Shown here piece after piece: positions 27,401 through 37,384 of a stretch of 64,000 nucleotides of DNA. Within the stretch, counting starts at the first letter, position 1, and each line of letters opens with the position of its first letter. The DNA comes from Candidatus Melainabacteria bacterium. GTDB lineage: Bacteria > Actinomycetota > Actinomycetes > Mycobacteriales > Pseudonocardiaceae. The stretch lies in NCBI GenBank assembly GCA_963757325.1, contig CAVWRF010000015.1, positions 9,010 to 73,009 on the forward strand, read 5' to 3'. Made by a program: the position numbers and the translations under genes. A model generated the notes under the pieces. The model was not told where the DNA came from and did not search any database. It saw only the letters and a list, made by a program, of their open reading frames with translations.

Positions 27401-30077
27401 CAACAGGATGGCCGAGGGCGACACCGGCACCTACAGCGTCCCGATGGCGGTGCGCTACTCGGGGGTGCCCGATCCGGCCGCGTTCGAGGCGGCGCTGGGT
27501 GACGTCGTGGCACGCCACCAGGTGCTGCACACGGTGTATCCGCAGGACGCGGACGGCGTGCCGCACCAGGTGCCGGTGCCGGAGTTCCGGCCGCGGCTGC
27601 GGGTGCTCGACCTGCCTGCCGCCGACCTCGCCGCCGAACTGGCGCGCGAGGTGGACCGCGGCTTCGACGTGCGGTCCGAGTGCCAGGTGCGGGCCACGCT
27701 GTACCGGCTGGACGACGGCGACTCCGTGTCGCTGCTGGTGTTCCACCACATCGCGCTGGACGGTGTGTCACTCGGCCCGCTGCGCGGGCAGCTCGTCGAC
27801 GCGTACACCGCACGGCTGGCCGGCAACGCGCCGGACTGGGCGCCGGAACCGTTGCAGTACAAGGACTTCGCGGTGTGGCAGCGGGACATGTTCGGTTCCG
27901 GGCGGGACCCGGGCGGCCCGCTGGCCACGCAGTTGGAGCAGTGGCGCGAGGAACTGGCCGAGCTGCCCGACGAACTGGAGCTGCCGCGCGACTTCGCGCG
28001 GCCCGCGGTCAGCGGACACACCGGTGACATGGTCCGCTTCGATCTGGACGCCGATCTGCACCGCGGCCTGGCCGAGCTGGCCCAGCGGCACAACGCGACG
28101 CTGTTCATGGTGGTGCAGGCCGCGGTGGCCGCGCTGCTCACGAAACTGGGTGCCGGCACGGACATCCCGCTGGGCAGCACCGTGGCGGGGCGGGACGACG
28201 AGGCCCTGCACGACATGGTCGGGTTCTTCGTGAACACGCTCGTGCTGCGCACCGACACCGGTGGCGACCCGAGTTTCGCCGAACTGCTGGGCAGGGTGCG
28301 GGAAACCGATCTGGCCGCCTACACACGGCAGGACGTGCCGTTCGAGTTCCTCGTCGAGGCGCTCAACCCGGCGCGGTCGCTGGCGCGGCACCCGCTGTTC
28401 CAGGTGATCGTGCAGTTCACCCACGACGACGGCGAAACCGTCGCCGCCCTGCCCGGCCTGGAGTGCGCCGAGGAACCGCTGTACACCACGCGGCCCAAGG
28501 TGGACCTCGCCTTCGACCTGGCCGAGCGGCGGTCGGCAGGTGAGCCGGACGGCATCGCGGGGGTCCTGGTCTACAGCGGTGACCTGTTCACGCGGGACTC
28601 CGCACGACTGATCGGCGAGCGGCTGACGCTGCTGCTGCGTGCGGTCACCGAGCGGCCGGCGGAGCCGCTGAGCGGGATCGACGTGCTGGAACCGGCCGAG
28701 CGGGACGCGATCCTGGTGCGGCGCAACGACACCACCGTCGCCGTGCCGGACGAACTGCTGCCAGGACTGGTCGCCGCTTCCGTGCGCCGCAACGCCGATC
28801 TGATCGCGCTGCGCGGCACCACGGAGGCGCTCACGTACCGCGAACTGGACGAGCGGGCCGGCCGGTTGGCCGCGACGCTGCTGGCGAAGGGCGCCGGGCC
28901 GGAGACCGTGGTCGGCATCGCGTTGCCGCGCGTGCCGGATCTGGTGGTGGCCGCGCTCGCGGTGACGCGGGCCGGCGCCCAGTACCTGCCGCTGGACCCC
29001 GAGCACCCCGCCGACCGCATCCGCTACATGCTCGCCGACGCCCGGCCGCTGCTGGTGATCACCGACTCGGCGACGTCGGTCGCGCTGCCCGGCGCTGACA
29101 TGCCGCTGCTGCTGCTGGAGGACGTGCCGGCCACGGGCGCCACGGCGCCGTCGGTGCCTGCCGGGCTGGACCCGGAGCACCCGGCTTACACGATCTACAC
29201 GTCGGGTTCGACCGGCAGGCCCAAGGGTGTCGTCGTGCCGCACGGCGCGCTGCGCAACCTGTTGGCCGACATGCGCGACCGGCTCGCGGTCCGGCCGGGG
29301 GAGCGGTTCCTCGCGGCCACCACGTTCGGCTTCGACATGGCGAACCTGGAACTGCTGGTGCCGCTGCTGGCCGGTGCCGAGGTGGTGCTGGCCGACCGGG
29401 CGGCGGTGCGGGACACGCAGGCGCTGGCCGCGATGCTGCTCGCCGAGCGGATCGACGTCCTGCAGGCCACACCGAGCCTCTGGCAGGCGCTGCTGGACGT
29501 GGACGCGAACGCCTTGCGTGGGCTCAAGGTGGTCACCGGCGGCGAGGCGGTCGGCGAATCGCTCGCCGCGGGCCTCGCCGCGGCGGCCCGCTCGGTGCTC
29601 AACGTCTACGGCCCGACGGAGACCACGGTCTGGTCGACGTCGTCCGAAGTGGACACCGAGCGGGCCGGCCCGCCGGCGATCGGCCTGCCGATCGCGAACA
29701 CCCGGGTGTACGTGCTGGACGCGAGCCTGCGGCCGGTGCCGGACCGGGTGCTGGGCGAGCTGTACATCGCCGGTGACGGCCTGGCCCGCGGCTACCACGA
29801 CCGGCCCGGCCTGACGTCGGAACGCTTCACCGCCGACCCGTACGGTCCGCCCGGTGCCCGGATGTACCGCACCGGCGACCTGGTCCGCTGGGGCCACGAC
29901 GGCATCCTGGAGTACGTCGGCCGCCGGGACCACCAGGTCAAGATCCGCGGTTACCGGATCGAACTGGGCGAGGTCGAGGCCGCGCTGCGGACGCTGCCGG
30001 ATGTCAGGGACGCGCTCGTCACCGTCGACGGTGGACGGTCGCGGCTGCTGGGCTATCTGGTGCCGGTACCGGGCACC
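21444..30077 (+). CDS. NRPS-2, fragment b: rest of C2 - A2 - T2 - C3 - A3* - T3 - C4 - most of A4
   Basis: Continues C2 in another frame ([16 protein letters not shown]...[10 protein letters not shown]). A2 has [30 protein letters not shown] (code DAWAVAGLAK). T2 has GGHSL. C3 has HHIAFDG. A3* is degenerate. T3 has GGHSL. C4 has HHIALDG. A4 has [26 protein letters not shown] (code DMLQVGVVWK). Confidence 0.9.
25740..27040 (+). other. A3*: adenylation-like domain lacking all core catalytic motifs
   Basis: [13 protein letters not shown] replaces TSGSTGxPKG; YNGSLW replaces FDxSxW; LTGCADVTS replaces NxYGPTE; GELVRWG replaces YRTGD; PLTADGMVD replaces PLTPNGKVD. Confidence 0.8.
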
Positions 30078-30079
30078 CG

Positions 30080-31338
30080 ACCGACCCGACCCGGCTGCGC
30101 GCACAGTTGGCCGAATGGCTGCCGGAGTACCTGCGGCCCGCCACGCTGACCGTGCTGGACGCGTGGCCGCTGACGCCCAACGGCAAGGTGGACCGGTCGA
30201 AGCTGCCGGTGCCGGACACGGCCGGCACCGACCAGCGTGCGCCGGAAACCGTGCTGGAGGAACTGCTCTGCGGCGTGTTCGCCGACGCGCTCGGCCTGCG
30301 CGAGGTCGGCGTGCTGGACGACTTCTTCGAACTGGGCGGACACTCGCTGCTCGCGCCGGGATTGATCGGGCGCGCCGTGCGGGCCGGGCTGCGACTGGAC
30401 ATCGCCGACCTGTTCACCCACCGCACTGCAGCCGGCCTGGCCGCGGTCGCGGGCCGGCGGCAGGCGCCCGAACAGGCCGCGGCGTGGCGGGGCGAGGCGA
30501 TGGGCAGGGTGTTCGACGACGCGGCGGGCATCGGCGAACTGGATCCGGTGGCACCCGTGCTGCCGATCCGGCCGGACGGCGATCTCGCGCCGTTGTTCTT
30601 CGTGCACAGCGGTGTCGGGTTCGCACTGCCCTACATCGGTCTCGCCAGGCACCTGGAATCCGGCCACCCGGTGTACGGCCTGCAGTCGCCCGCACTGTCC
30701 GGCGATGGCAGGCTGCCCGACAGCGTCGCCGAACTGGCCGACGGGTACCTGGCCCGCATCCGCGAGATCCAGCCGGCCGGCCCGTACCACCTGTTCGGCT
30801 GGTCGTTCGGCGGCCTCGTGGTGCACGAACTCGCCGTCCGGCTGCGGGAGGCGGGCGAGAACGTCGCGCTGGTGGTCAACATGGACGGCTATCCCGAGCA
30901 CGACCAGCCCGCCGATCCGCGCACCGAGTCGGAGATGCTGGCCGGCGTCCTGGAAGTGATCGGGCACGACAGGGCCGGGTTCGAGGGCCGCGAACTCACC
31001 CGGACGACGTGCTCGCCGTGCTGCGTGAGGACGATCATCCGCTGCTCGCGCTGGGCGAGGACAGGGTGCGCCGCATCCTGGCGCTGTCCGACCGGCACGG
31101 GACGCTGGTGCGGCGGTTCACACCCCGGCACTACGACGGCGAACTGCACCTGGTGGTCGCCACGGCCGAACGTGAGGACGCGGCTGAAGCCGCGCTGGTC
31201 GACCGCTGGCGGCCGTTCGTCGGGCGGCTGACCCGGCACGGTCTCGACGTCGGGCACGAGTACCTGATGCACCCGGAGCCGCAGGCATGGCTGGCGGCGC
31301 TGATCGACGAACTGCTCAAGGGCGGCGCGGCCCGATGA
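30080..31338 (+). CDS. NRPS-2, fragment c: end of A4 - T4 - TE (a further frame break near 31000)
   Basis: [39 protein letters not shown], then T4 FFELGGHSL and [11 protein letters not shown]...FGWSFGG. After about 31000 the TE continues in another frame ([15 protein letters not shown]...HLVVAT...GHEYLM) to TGA 31338. Confidence 0.85.
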
Positions 31339-31372
31339 GCCCGCAACCGGCCGACACGAAAGGGAGTGCGGT

Positions 31373-32191
31373 ATGACCGCGCAGATCGCGGTGCCCCGGC
31401 AGAACCCGGTGGCACCGGCCGTGATCGAGATCGGGACCGTGGCCGGCAGGCGGCTGCGCAGGCTGCGCCGCGCGCCGGGGCGGCTGGTCGGGATCATCAT
31501 GAACCCGATCATCGTGCTGGTGGCGTTCGGCTACCTGCTCGGCGGTTCGATGACGGCGCCCGGCGACACGAACTACGCCGAGTACATCTTCGCCGGTGGC
31601 CTGATGCAGGTCGGCCTGGCCGGCATCACCCCGACGGCCGTCGCCGTCGCGCTGGACCTGCGCAGCGGCCTGGTGGACCGGCTGCGGTCACTGCCGATCG
31701 CGCGGGCCACGGTCCTGATCGGCAACTCGCTCGGCGACCTGGCGATGGGCGTGATCGGCATCGCCGTCGTCACGCTCGCCGGCTTGGTGCTGGGCTGGCG
31801 GCCGCACGCGGCGCCGCTGTCGGTGCTGGCCGGTTTCGGTGTGGCCGCGGTGTTCGTCTACGCCATGATCTGGGTCGGCATGATGCTCGGCCTGCTGTGG
31901 CACAACCTGGAGACCATCGAGTCGGTCGGCGGCCTGCTCGCGGTGCTGTTCTCGTTCCTGTCCACCGGTTTCATCTCACCGGACAAGATGCCGGCGCTGG
32001 TCCGGCCGATCGCCGAGTGGAACCCGGTCAGCGCCGTCGTCACCGTGGTGCGGCAACTGTGGGGCAACCCGCAGCACATCGACGGGTTCGCCGCCACCAA
32101 CTCCACCCTCGTCGTCGTGGTGTCCATCGCCGCGGTCCTGCTGATCACCGGCGCGATCAGCATCCGGCGCTACCGCACCAGTTCGCGCTGA
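31373..32191 (+). CDS. ABC-2-type transporter permease (DrrB-like)
   Basis: 272 aa with six hydrophobic segments. RLRRLRRAPGRLVGIIMNPIIVLVAFGYL is typical of the ABC-2 family. AGGGAG lies upstream. Confidence 0.8.
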   Translation: MTAQIAVPRQNPVAPAVIEIGTVAGRRLRRLRRAPGRLVGIIMNPIIVLVAFGYLLGGSMTAPGDTNYAEYIFAGGLMQVGLAGITPTAVAVALDLRSGLVDRLRSLPIARATVLIGNSLGDLAMGVIGIAVVTLAGLVLGWRPHAAPLSVLAGFGVAAVFVYAMIWVGMMLGLLWHNLETIESVGGLLAVLFSFLSTGFISPDKMPALVRPIAEWNPVSAVVTVVRQLWGNPQHIDGFAATNSTLVVVVSIAAVLLITGAISIRRYRTSSR

Positions 32192-32250
32192 ACCGTGCGC
32201 GCCGACAGTCCGAGCCCAGCAAAAGGAGTTCCGATTCCCATGGAGACGCC

Positions 32251-33480
32251 ATGACAGCGGAACCGGTCAGCACACCGGCCGGTCCGCGGGTACCGGATCT
32301 GGCCGATCCGCGCACGTTCGTCGACGAGGACGTGCGGACGATGTGGCGGCGGCTGCGGGCCGAGGCACCGGTGTACTGGAACCCGGCCACCGACGACCGG
32401 CCCGGTTTCTGGTCCGTGACGCGCTACGCGGACGTGCTCGCGGTCTACAAGGACAACACGCGGTTCACGTCGGAGAAGGGCAACGTGCTCTCCACGCTGC
32501 TGCGGGGCGGCGACTCGGCGGGCGGCAAGATGCTCGCCGTCACCGACGGCCCACGGCACCGCGAGACGCGCAAGCTGATGCTGAAGTCGTTCTCGCCGCG
32601 CGTACTGGAGCACATCGGCCAGCTTGTGCGCAGGCGCACCCGGCGGCTGGTCGCGGAGGTGGTGGCGCGCGGCGAGGCGGACTTCGCCACCGACGTCGCC
32701 GACCACATCCCGATCAACACCATCGGCGACCTGATGGACATCCCGGTCGCCGACCGGGGCAAGCTCGTCGACTGGAACAACCGCACGCTGTCGCGCTACG
32801 ACGAGGGCGACTCGCAGCTTGAGGAGTGGCTGGCGCGCAACGAGATCCTGCTGTACTTCGGTGAACTGGCCGCCCGGCGCCGCGCGGCGCCGGGCGAGGA
32901 CGTGATCAGCGCTCTGGCCACCGGCCTGGTCGGCGGTGAGCCGCTGTCCGAGGACGAGATCGTCTTCAACTGCTACAGCCTGGTGCTGGGTGCGGACGAG
33001 TCCAGCCGGATGTCGTCGATCGGCGCGGTGATCGCGTTCACCGAGCACCCCGACCAGTGGCGGGCGCTGAAGGACGGCGAGGTCGGTGTCGCGGACGCCA
33101 CGGAGGAGGTACTGCGCTGGACCACGCCGGCCATGCACTTCGGTCGGCGGGCGCTGGAGGACGTGCCACTGGGCGGCCGGGTGATCAGGGCAGGCGACGT
33201 GGTCGCGCTGTGGAACAGTTCGGCCAACTTCGACGAGGACGCGTTCGACGACCCGGACCGGTTCGACCTGGGCCGCAAACCCAACCGGCACGTCGCGTTC
33301 GGCCACGGCCCGCATTTCTGTATCGGCGCGTTTCTCGGTCGCTCCCACGTTTCCGCCGTGCTGGAGGCATTGCGCGACCAGGTCGCCGAAATCGAGCTGC
33401 GCGGTGAGCCGCGGCGCCTGTATTCCAATTTCGTGCACGGTTATCGCGGCCTGCCGGTCGCATTCACCCCGGAACGTTGA
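32251..33480 (+). CDS. Cytochrome P450
   Basis: 409 aa from ATG 32251. I-helix [15 protein letters not shown] (ExxR) and the heme loop [14 protein letters not shown]. Confidence 0.9.
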   Translation: MTAEPVSTPAGPRVPDLADPRTFVDEDVRTMWRRLRAEAPVYWNPATDDRPGFWSVTRYADVLAVYKDNTRFTSEKGNVLSTLLRGGDSAGGKMLAVTDGPRHRETRKLMLKSFSPRVLEHIGQLVRRRTRRLVAEVVARGEADFATDVADHIPINTIGDLMDIPVADRGKLVDWNNRTLSRYDEGDSQLEEWLARNEILLYFGELAARRRAAPGEDVISALATGLVGGEPLSEDEIVFNCYSLVLGADESSRMSSIGAVIAFTEHPDQWRALKDGEVGVADATEEVLRWTTPAMHFGRRALEDVPLGGRVIRAGDVVALWNSSANFDEDAFDDPDRFDLGRKPNRHVAFGHGPHFCIGAFLGRSHVSAVLEALRDQVAEIELRGEPRRLYSNFVHGYRGLPVAFTPER

Positions 33481-33505
33481 CAGCGCGCACAGGAGGAGTG
33501 GGACA

Positions 33506-33721
33506 TTGAGCAGCAACCCGTTCGACGACGAGAACGGCACCTTCCTGGTGCTGACCAACCCGGACGAGCAGTACTCGCTGTGGCCGTCGTTCGCGCAGCT
33601 CCCGGACGGCTGGACCGTGGTGCGTGAGCCGGGCACCAGGGCCGAGGCGCTGGAGTACGTGGAGACGCACTGGACCGACATGCGGCCCAGGTCGCTGCGG
33701 GATCGCGCGGCACGGCTGTGA
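33506..33721 (+). CDS. MbtH-like protein
   Basis: [38 protein letters not shown] carries the three MbtH Trp positions. TTG start follows AGGAGGAG. Confidence 0.85.
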   Translation: MSSNPFDDENGTFLVLTNPDEQYSLWPSFAQLPDGWTVVREPGTRAEALEYVETHWTDMRPRSLRDRAARL

Positions 33722-34684
33722 CGCGCGCGATCTGGGCCGAGGGCCTCGTCCGGCGCTATGCCGGGGTGACCGCGCTGGCCGGCATCGATCTCGACGTGCC
33801 GGCGGGCACCGTGCTGGGCCTGCTCGGCCCGAACGGCGCCGGCAAGACGACGGCGGTGCGCATCCTGTCCACGCTGCTGGCACCCAGCGGCGGGCGCGCC
33901 GAGGTGGCCGGCTACGACGTGGCGAAGAGAACCCGCGCGGGTCCGGCGGCGGATCGGGCTGGCCGGCCAGTACGCGGCGGTCGACGAGCTGCTCACCGGG
34001 CGGGAGAACCTGGTGATGTTCGGCAGGCTGCTGCATCTGAGCCGCTCGGCCGCGCGGGCGCGGGCCAGCGAGCTGCTGGAGCGGTTCGAGCTGACCGGCG
34101 CGGCGGACCGGTCCGCCGGCACGTACTCCGGCGGCATGCGCAGGCGGCTGGACCTGGCTAGCTGTCTCGTCGGGTCGCCGGAGGTGCTGTTCCTGGACGA
34201 GCCGACGGTCGGGCTGGACCCGGCCAGCCGGATCGTGCTGTGGACGACGGTGCGCGGCCTGGTCGAGGACGGCATGACGGTGCTGCTGACCACGCAGTAC
34301 CTGGACGAGGCCGACTGGCTGGCCGACGAGATCGTGGTGATCGAGGCGGGCCGGGTGATCGCGGCCGGCTCACCGGAGGAGCTCAAGCGCAAGGTCGGTG
34401 AGGACCGGCTGGAGGTGGCGCTGGTCGCGGCCGGTGCCGACCAGATCGCGTCGGCGACGTCGGCCGCTGTGCGCGCGCTCACCCCGATCGCGCTGGCGAC
34501 GCCCACTGTGGACGGTACGACGGGGCGGGTTTCGGTGCAGCTCAACGACGGGGCGCAGGGCGTCGGCGCGGCGGCTGTCGCGCTGCGCGACGCGGGTGTC
34601 CACGTGGCCGACTTCGTGCTGCGCAGGCCCACGCTGGACGACGTGTTCCTCAACCTGGTCGGCCACTCGGCCGACAACCACTGA
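33718..34684 (+). CDS. ABC transporter ATP-binding protein (DrrA-like), frame break near 33928
   Basis: GTGA overlap with the mbtH-like stop. Walker [10 protein letters not shown], then the frame changes: [28 protein letters not shown] reads in the frame of ORF 34013..34684. That ORF carries YSGGMRRRL and LFLDEPT. Confidence 0.8.
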
Positions 34685-34687
34685 AAA

Positions 34688-34723
34688 CCGCTGCCGGTCC
34701 GGAAGATCCCGGACCGGCAGCGG
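34688..34723. terminator. Bidirectional hairpin between convergent genes
   Basis: Perfect 15-bp inverted repeat CCGCTGCCGGTCCGG / CCGGACCGGCAGCGG with a 6-nt loop, between the stops at 34684 and 34748. Confidence 0.6.
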
Positions 34724-34747
34724 CCTTCCTCGCACAGGATGGTCTGC

Positions 34748-35317
34748 TCAGGGTGTCGGTGCCATGAGCTGGCTGGTGGCCAGGGTGTGGTGGCCGTTGG
34801 TCTCGTGCTCGGGCCACGCGCCGTAGCGGCGGCGGCCGTACAGCAGCGCGGGCCGCTCGTCGTGTGTCCGGAAGCGGTAGATCTCGCCGAACACCACGAC
34901 GTGGTCGCCCACGTGCTCGGTGTGCGCGACCCGGCAGTCGGCGATCGCGTGCGCGTAGTCGGCCAGGTGCGGGCCGCCCGCGTCGTCGGCCAGGTGCCAG
35001 CGGATGCGGTCGAAGCGGTCCGGGTCGCCGGAGGCGAACAGTTCGGCCACCGGCTGACCCTCGACGTGCAGGATGTTGACGGTGAACCGGTTGCGCTCCA
35101 GCACCGAGTCCAGGGTGGGGCTGCCGTGCCGCAGGCAGACCAGCAGGGTCGGCGGCAGCGGCGTCACGCTGCACACCGAGGAACAGGTCATGCCGCGGGG
35201 GGCGCCGTCGGAGTCCACGGTCGTGACGACCGCGACGCCGCTGGGAAACTGCGCCATCAGCTCGCGGAAACCGCTCTGTGGCACGGATGTCGACGGCTCG
35301 GACGGGTCCTGGGCCAT
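34748..35317 (-). CDS. Flavin reductase (HpaC/flavin_reduct domain), likely partner of the halogenase
   Basis: FRELMAQFPSGVAVVTT..DGAPRGMTCSSVCSVTPLPPTLLVCL is typical of NAD(P)H-flavin reductases. Confidence 0.85.
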   Translation of the reverse strand: MAQDPSEPSTSVPQSGFRELMAQFPSGVAVVTTVDSDGAPRGMTCSSVCSVTPLPPTLLVCLRHGSPTLDSVLERNRFTVNILHVEGQPVAELFASGDPDRFDRIRWHLADDAGGPHLADYAHAIADCRVAHTEHVGDHVVVFGEIYRFRTHDERPALLYGRRRYGAWPEHETNGHHTLATSQLMAPTP

Positions 35318-35418
35318 CGGCCCTCACCACCTCGGCTCGCGGGAGCGGTGACCGGGGTACCCGGACACCGCGCGTGCCGCAACGGTATCTCCGCCTGCCG
35401 GTGGTCCCGTAGCGCATT

Positions 35419-35426
35419 TCTATATT
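35419..35426 (+). promoter_or_regulatory. TCTATATT box, copy 4 (upstream of the O-methyltransferase)
   Basis: Exact 8-mer about 150 nt upstream of GTG 35577, in the divergent reductase/OMT intergenic region. Confidence 0.4.
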
Positions 35427-35576
35427 TTTCAATGCAGGCGGCGTTCCATTCTCTGGTCCGACCGGACGGCCTTGGTTCTCGCTGTTCACGAATACCCGGG
35501 CCGGTTGTACGATCGAATCATTTCCGGTGCCTCATCGCATCCGATCGAGGCGAGTCAATTACTCGGAGGATTCCCC

Positions 35577-36599
35577 GTGAGCGATGTGAGTAGTGTCCGG
35601 GTGCGCGAGACCATGTACGCGGGCTGGCTGAGCGCCGCCGTCTACAGCGCCGCACGGCTGGGCGTGGCCGACCACCTGGCCGACGGCGTGAGCGACATCG
35701 ACGAACTGGCCAAGCGGACCGACACGCACGCGGAGTCGCTGTACCGGCTGATGCGCGCGCTGGCCGGCGCGGGCTACTTCCGTGAGGAGGACGGCAGGCG
35801 GTTCGTGACGACGCCGCTGGCCGAGTATCTGCGCTCGGACACCGAGGACTCGGTGAAGGACCTCGTGCTGTTCTACGGCCAGGAGGTCTACCGGGCCTAC
35901 GGCGCGCTGTCCGAGGCCGTGCGCACCGGCGAGCGCGCGTTCGACATCGAGTACGGCATGCCGCTGTGGGACTACCTGAACACGGTGCCGGCCACCGGTG
36001 ACGCGTTCCGCAAGGGTATGGGCGCGGCGACCTGGAACGAGCAGTTGCCGCTGCCGCGGACCTACGACTTCACCGGCGTCGGCACGCTGGTCGACGTCGG
36101 CGGTGGTACGGGCTCGATGCTGGCCGCCGTCCTGCACGAGCACCCCGGGATGCGGGGGGTGCTGGTGGAGATCCCGGCGGGGATCGACCGCACGATGCGC
36201 CACTTCGTGGCCGCGGGCGTGGCCGAGCGGGTGGAGCTGTGCGAGGGCAGCGCGTTCGACGTACTGCCCGAGGGCGACTGCTACCTGATCAGCTGCGTGC
36301 TGCACGCGATGGACGACGAGCAGAGTGTCCGCGCGCTGCGCCGGATGCGCGATTCGGTGCGGCCGGGTGGCCGGGTGGTCATCCTGGAGCGGATCGTGCC
36401 GGACGGCAACGAACCCGGCCTGGCCAGGATGCTGGATCTGACGATGATGTTGATGAACGGCGGCAAGGAGCGCACCGAGCGGCAGTGGCGGACCCTGCTC
36501 GCGGCGGGCGGCTTCCGGTTCACGCGTGCGGTGCGTATGCCGTATTTCAGCGGCGGCGCGGAGTTGTACGCCATCGAGGGTGTACCGGCGGCGGACTGA
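35577..36599 (+). CDS. SAM-dependent O-methyltransferase (family 2, with dimerisation domain)
   Basis: GTG 35577 follows GGAGGA. N-terminal winged-helix dimerisation region (VADHLADGVSDIDELAK) and the SAM motif LVDVGGGTGSMLAAVL. Confidence 0.85.
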   Translation: MSDVSSVRVRETMYAGWLSAAVYSAARLGVADHLADGVSDIDELAKRTDTHAESLYRLMRALAGAGYFREEDGRRFVTTPLAEYLRSDTEDSVKDLVLFYGQEVYRAYGALSEAVRTGERAFDIEYGMPLWDYLNTVPATGDAFRKGMGAATWNEQLPLPRTYDFTGVGTLVDVGGGTGSMLAAVLHEHPGMRGVLVEIPAGIDRTMRHFVAAGVAERVELCEGSAFDVLPEGDCYLISCVLHAMDDEQSVRALRRMRDSVRPGGRVVILERIVPDGNEPGLARMLDLTMMLMNGGKERTERQWRTLLAAGGFRFTRAVRMPYFSGGAELYAIEGVPAAD

Positions 36600-36765
36600 C
36601 ACCCTTTCGGCCGCTCATGACGCTGTGAGATCAGCACAGCGTGACCACCGCGCTGGGACACGGGGCACCACCCGGTCCCGGCGCGGTGGCGTTTCTACCG
36701 GAAACCGGCCCGTGCCAACGGAAACCAGGGCTGGTCGGTTCCGTGGACGAGTTGACACCCTGGGT

Positions 36766-36797
36766 TATCACCTGTAAGTTCTTTCTTACAGGTGATA
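36766..36797. promoter_or_regulatory. 13-bp perfect inverted repeat TATCACCTGTAAG-N6-CTTACAGGTGATA, candidate ArsR operator
   Basis: Read directly from the sequence. It is AT-rich relative to its surroundings and ends about 25 nt upstream of the proposed ArsR start. Confidence 0.5.
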
Positions 36798-36821
36798 GGA
36801 ACTGGTGAGCGGAGCAGGGGA

Positions 36822-37142
36822 GTGGCCCAACAGACCAGCGACGAGCTGCTGGCACTGTTGGCCGCTCTCGGGCACATCCAACGCCTTCGGATCATCGGCG
36901 AGCTGGCTTCGGGGAGGTTGCACGTGAGTGAGCTGGCCCGCCGACTGCGACTGTCCCGCCCGCTGATCTACATGCACCTGGAACGGTTGGAGAAGGCGAA
37001 TCTGGTGACAGGGCATCTTGAGCTGTCGTCGGACGGCAAGGCGCTGAAGTTCTACGAACTGCAACCGCTGGATCTGAGGGTGACCACCGATATGATCATC
37101 GACATTCTCGGGGAAGACGAACACGAGGACACGGAAGACTAG
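36822..37142 (+). CDS. ArsR/SmtB-family HTH transcriptional regulator
   Basis: LLAALGHIQRLRIIGELASGRLHVSELARRLRLSRPLIYMHLERLEKANLV. Start taken as GTG 36822 after AGGGGA. The longer ORF from 36792 would overlap the palindrome. Confidence 0.75.
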   Translation: MAQQTSDELLALLAALGHIQRLRIIGELASGRLHVSELARRLRLSRPLIYMHLERLEKANLVTGHLELSSDGKALKFYELQPLDLRVTTDMIIDILGEDEHEDTED

Positions 37143-37150
37143 GAGTCCAG

Positions 37151-37384
37151 ATGGCCGGCGCCGTCGTCGCAATCGTCATCGTGTTGATCACGGTCGGCGG
37201 CATCACGCTCAGCGTTGTCGGTTACTTCCGCCTTCAGCGCCACCGGGCGGACGCGGTCGCGATGGCCGGGTACCGCAAGCTGGCCGAACAGGCCGTGTCC
37301 AACCAGGAGCTGCTGGTCGCCGAGCTGGCCAGGCTCGGCGAGCGGATCGCCGCGGTGGAGGAGCTGCTGCGGAGCGTCGAATGA
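37151..37384 (+). CDS. Small membrane protein (one TM helix plus a coiled-coil tail)
   Basis: AGGAG lies 6 nt upstream of the ATG. AVVAIVIVLITVGGITLSVVGYF is followed by a heptad-like tail. ATGA overlap with the next gene. Confidence 0.55.
   Translation: MAGAVVAIVIVLITVGGITLSVVGYFRLQRHRADAVAMAGYRKLAEQAVSNQELLVAELARLGERIAAVEELLRSVE

Noticed and set aside
31366-32250. Long N-terminal extension of the P450 ORF (31366..33480).
   Set aside because: It overlaps the ABC-2 permease gene in another frame and translates to Arg/Gly/Asp-rich sequence. The P450 begins at ATG 32251, which has an RBS.
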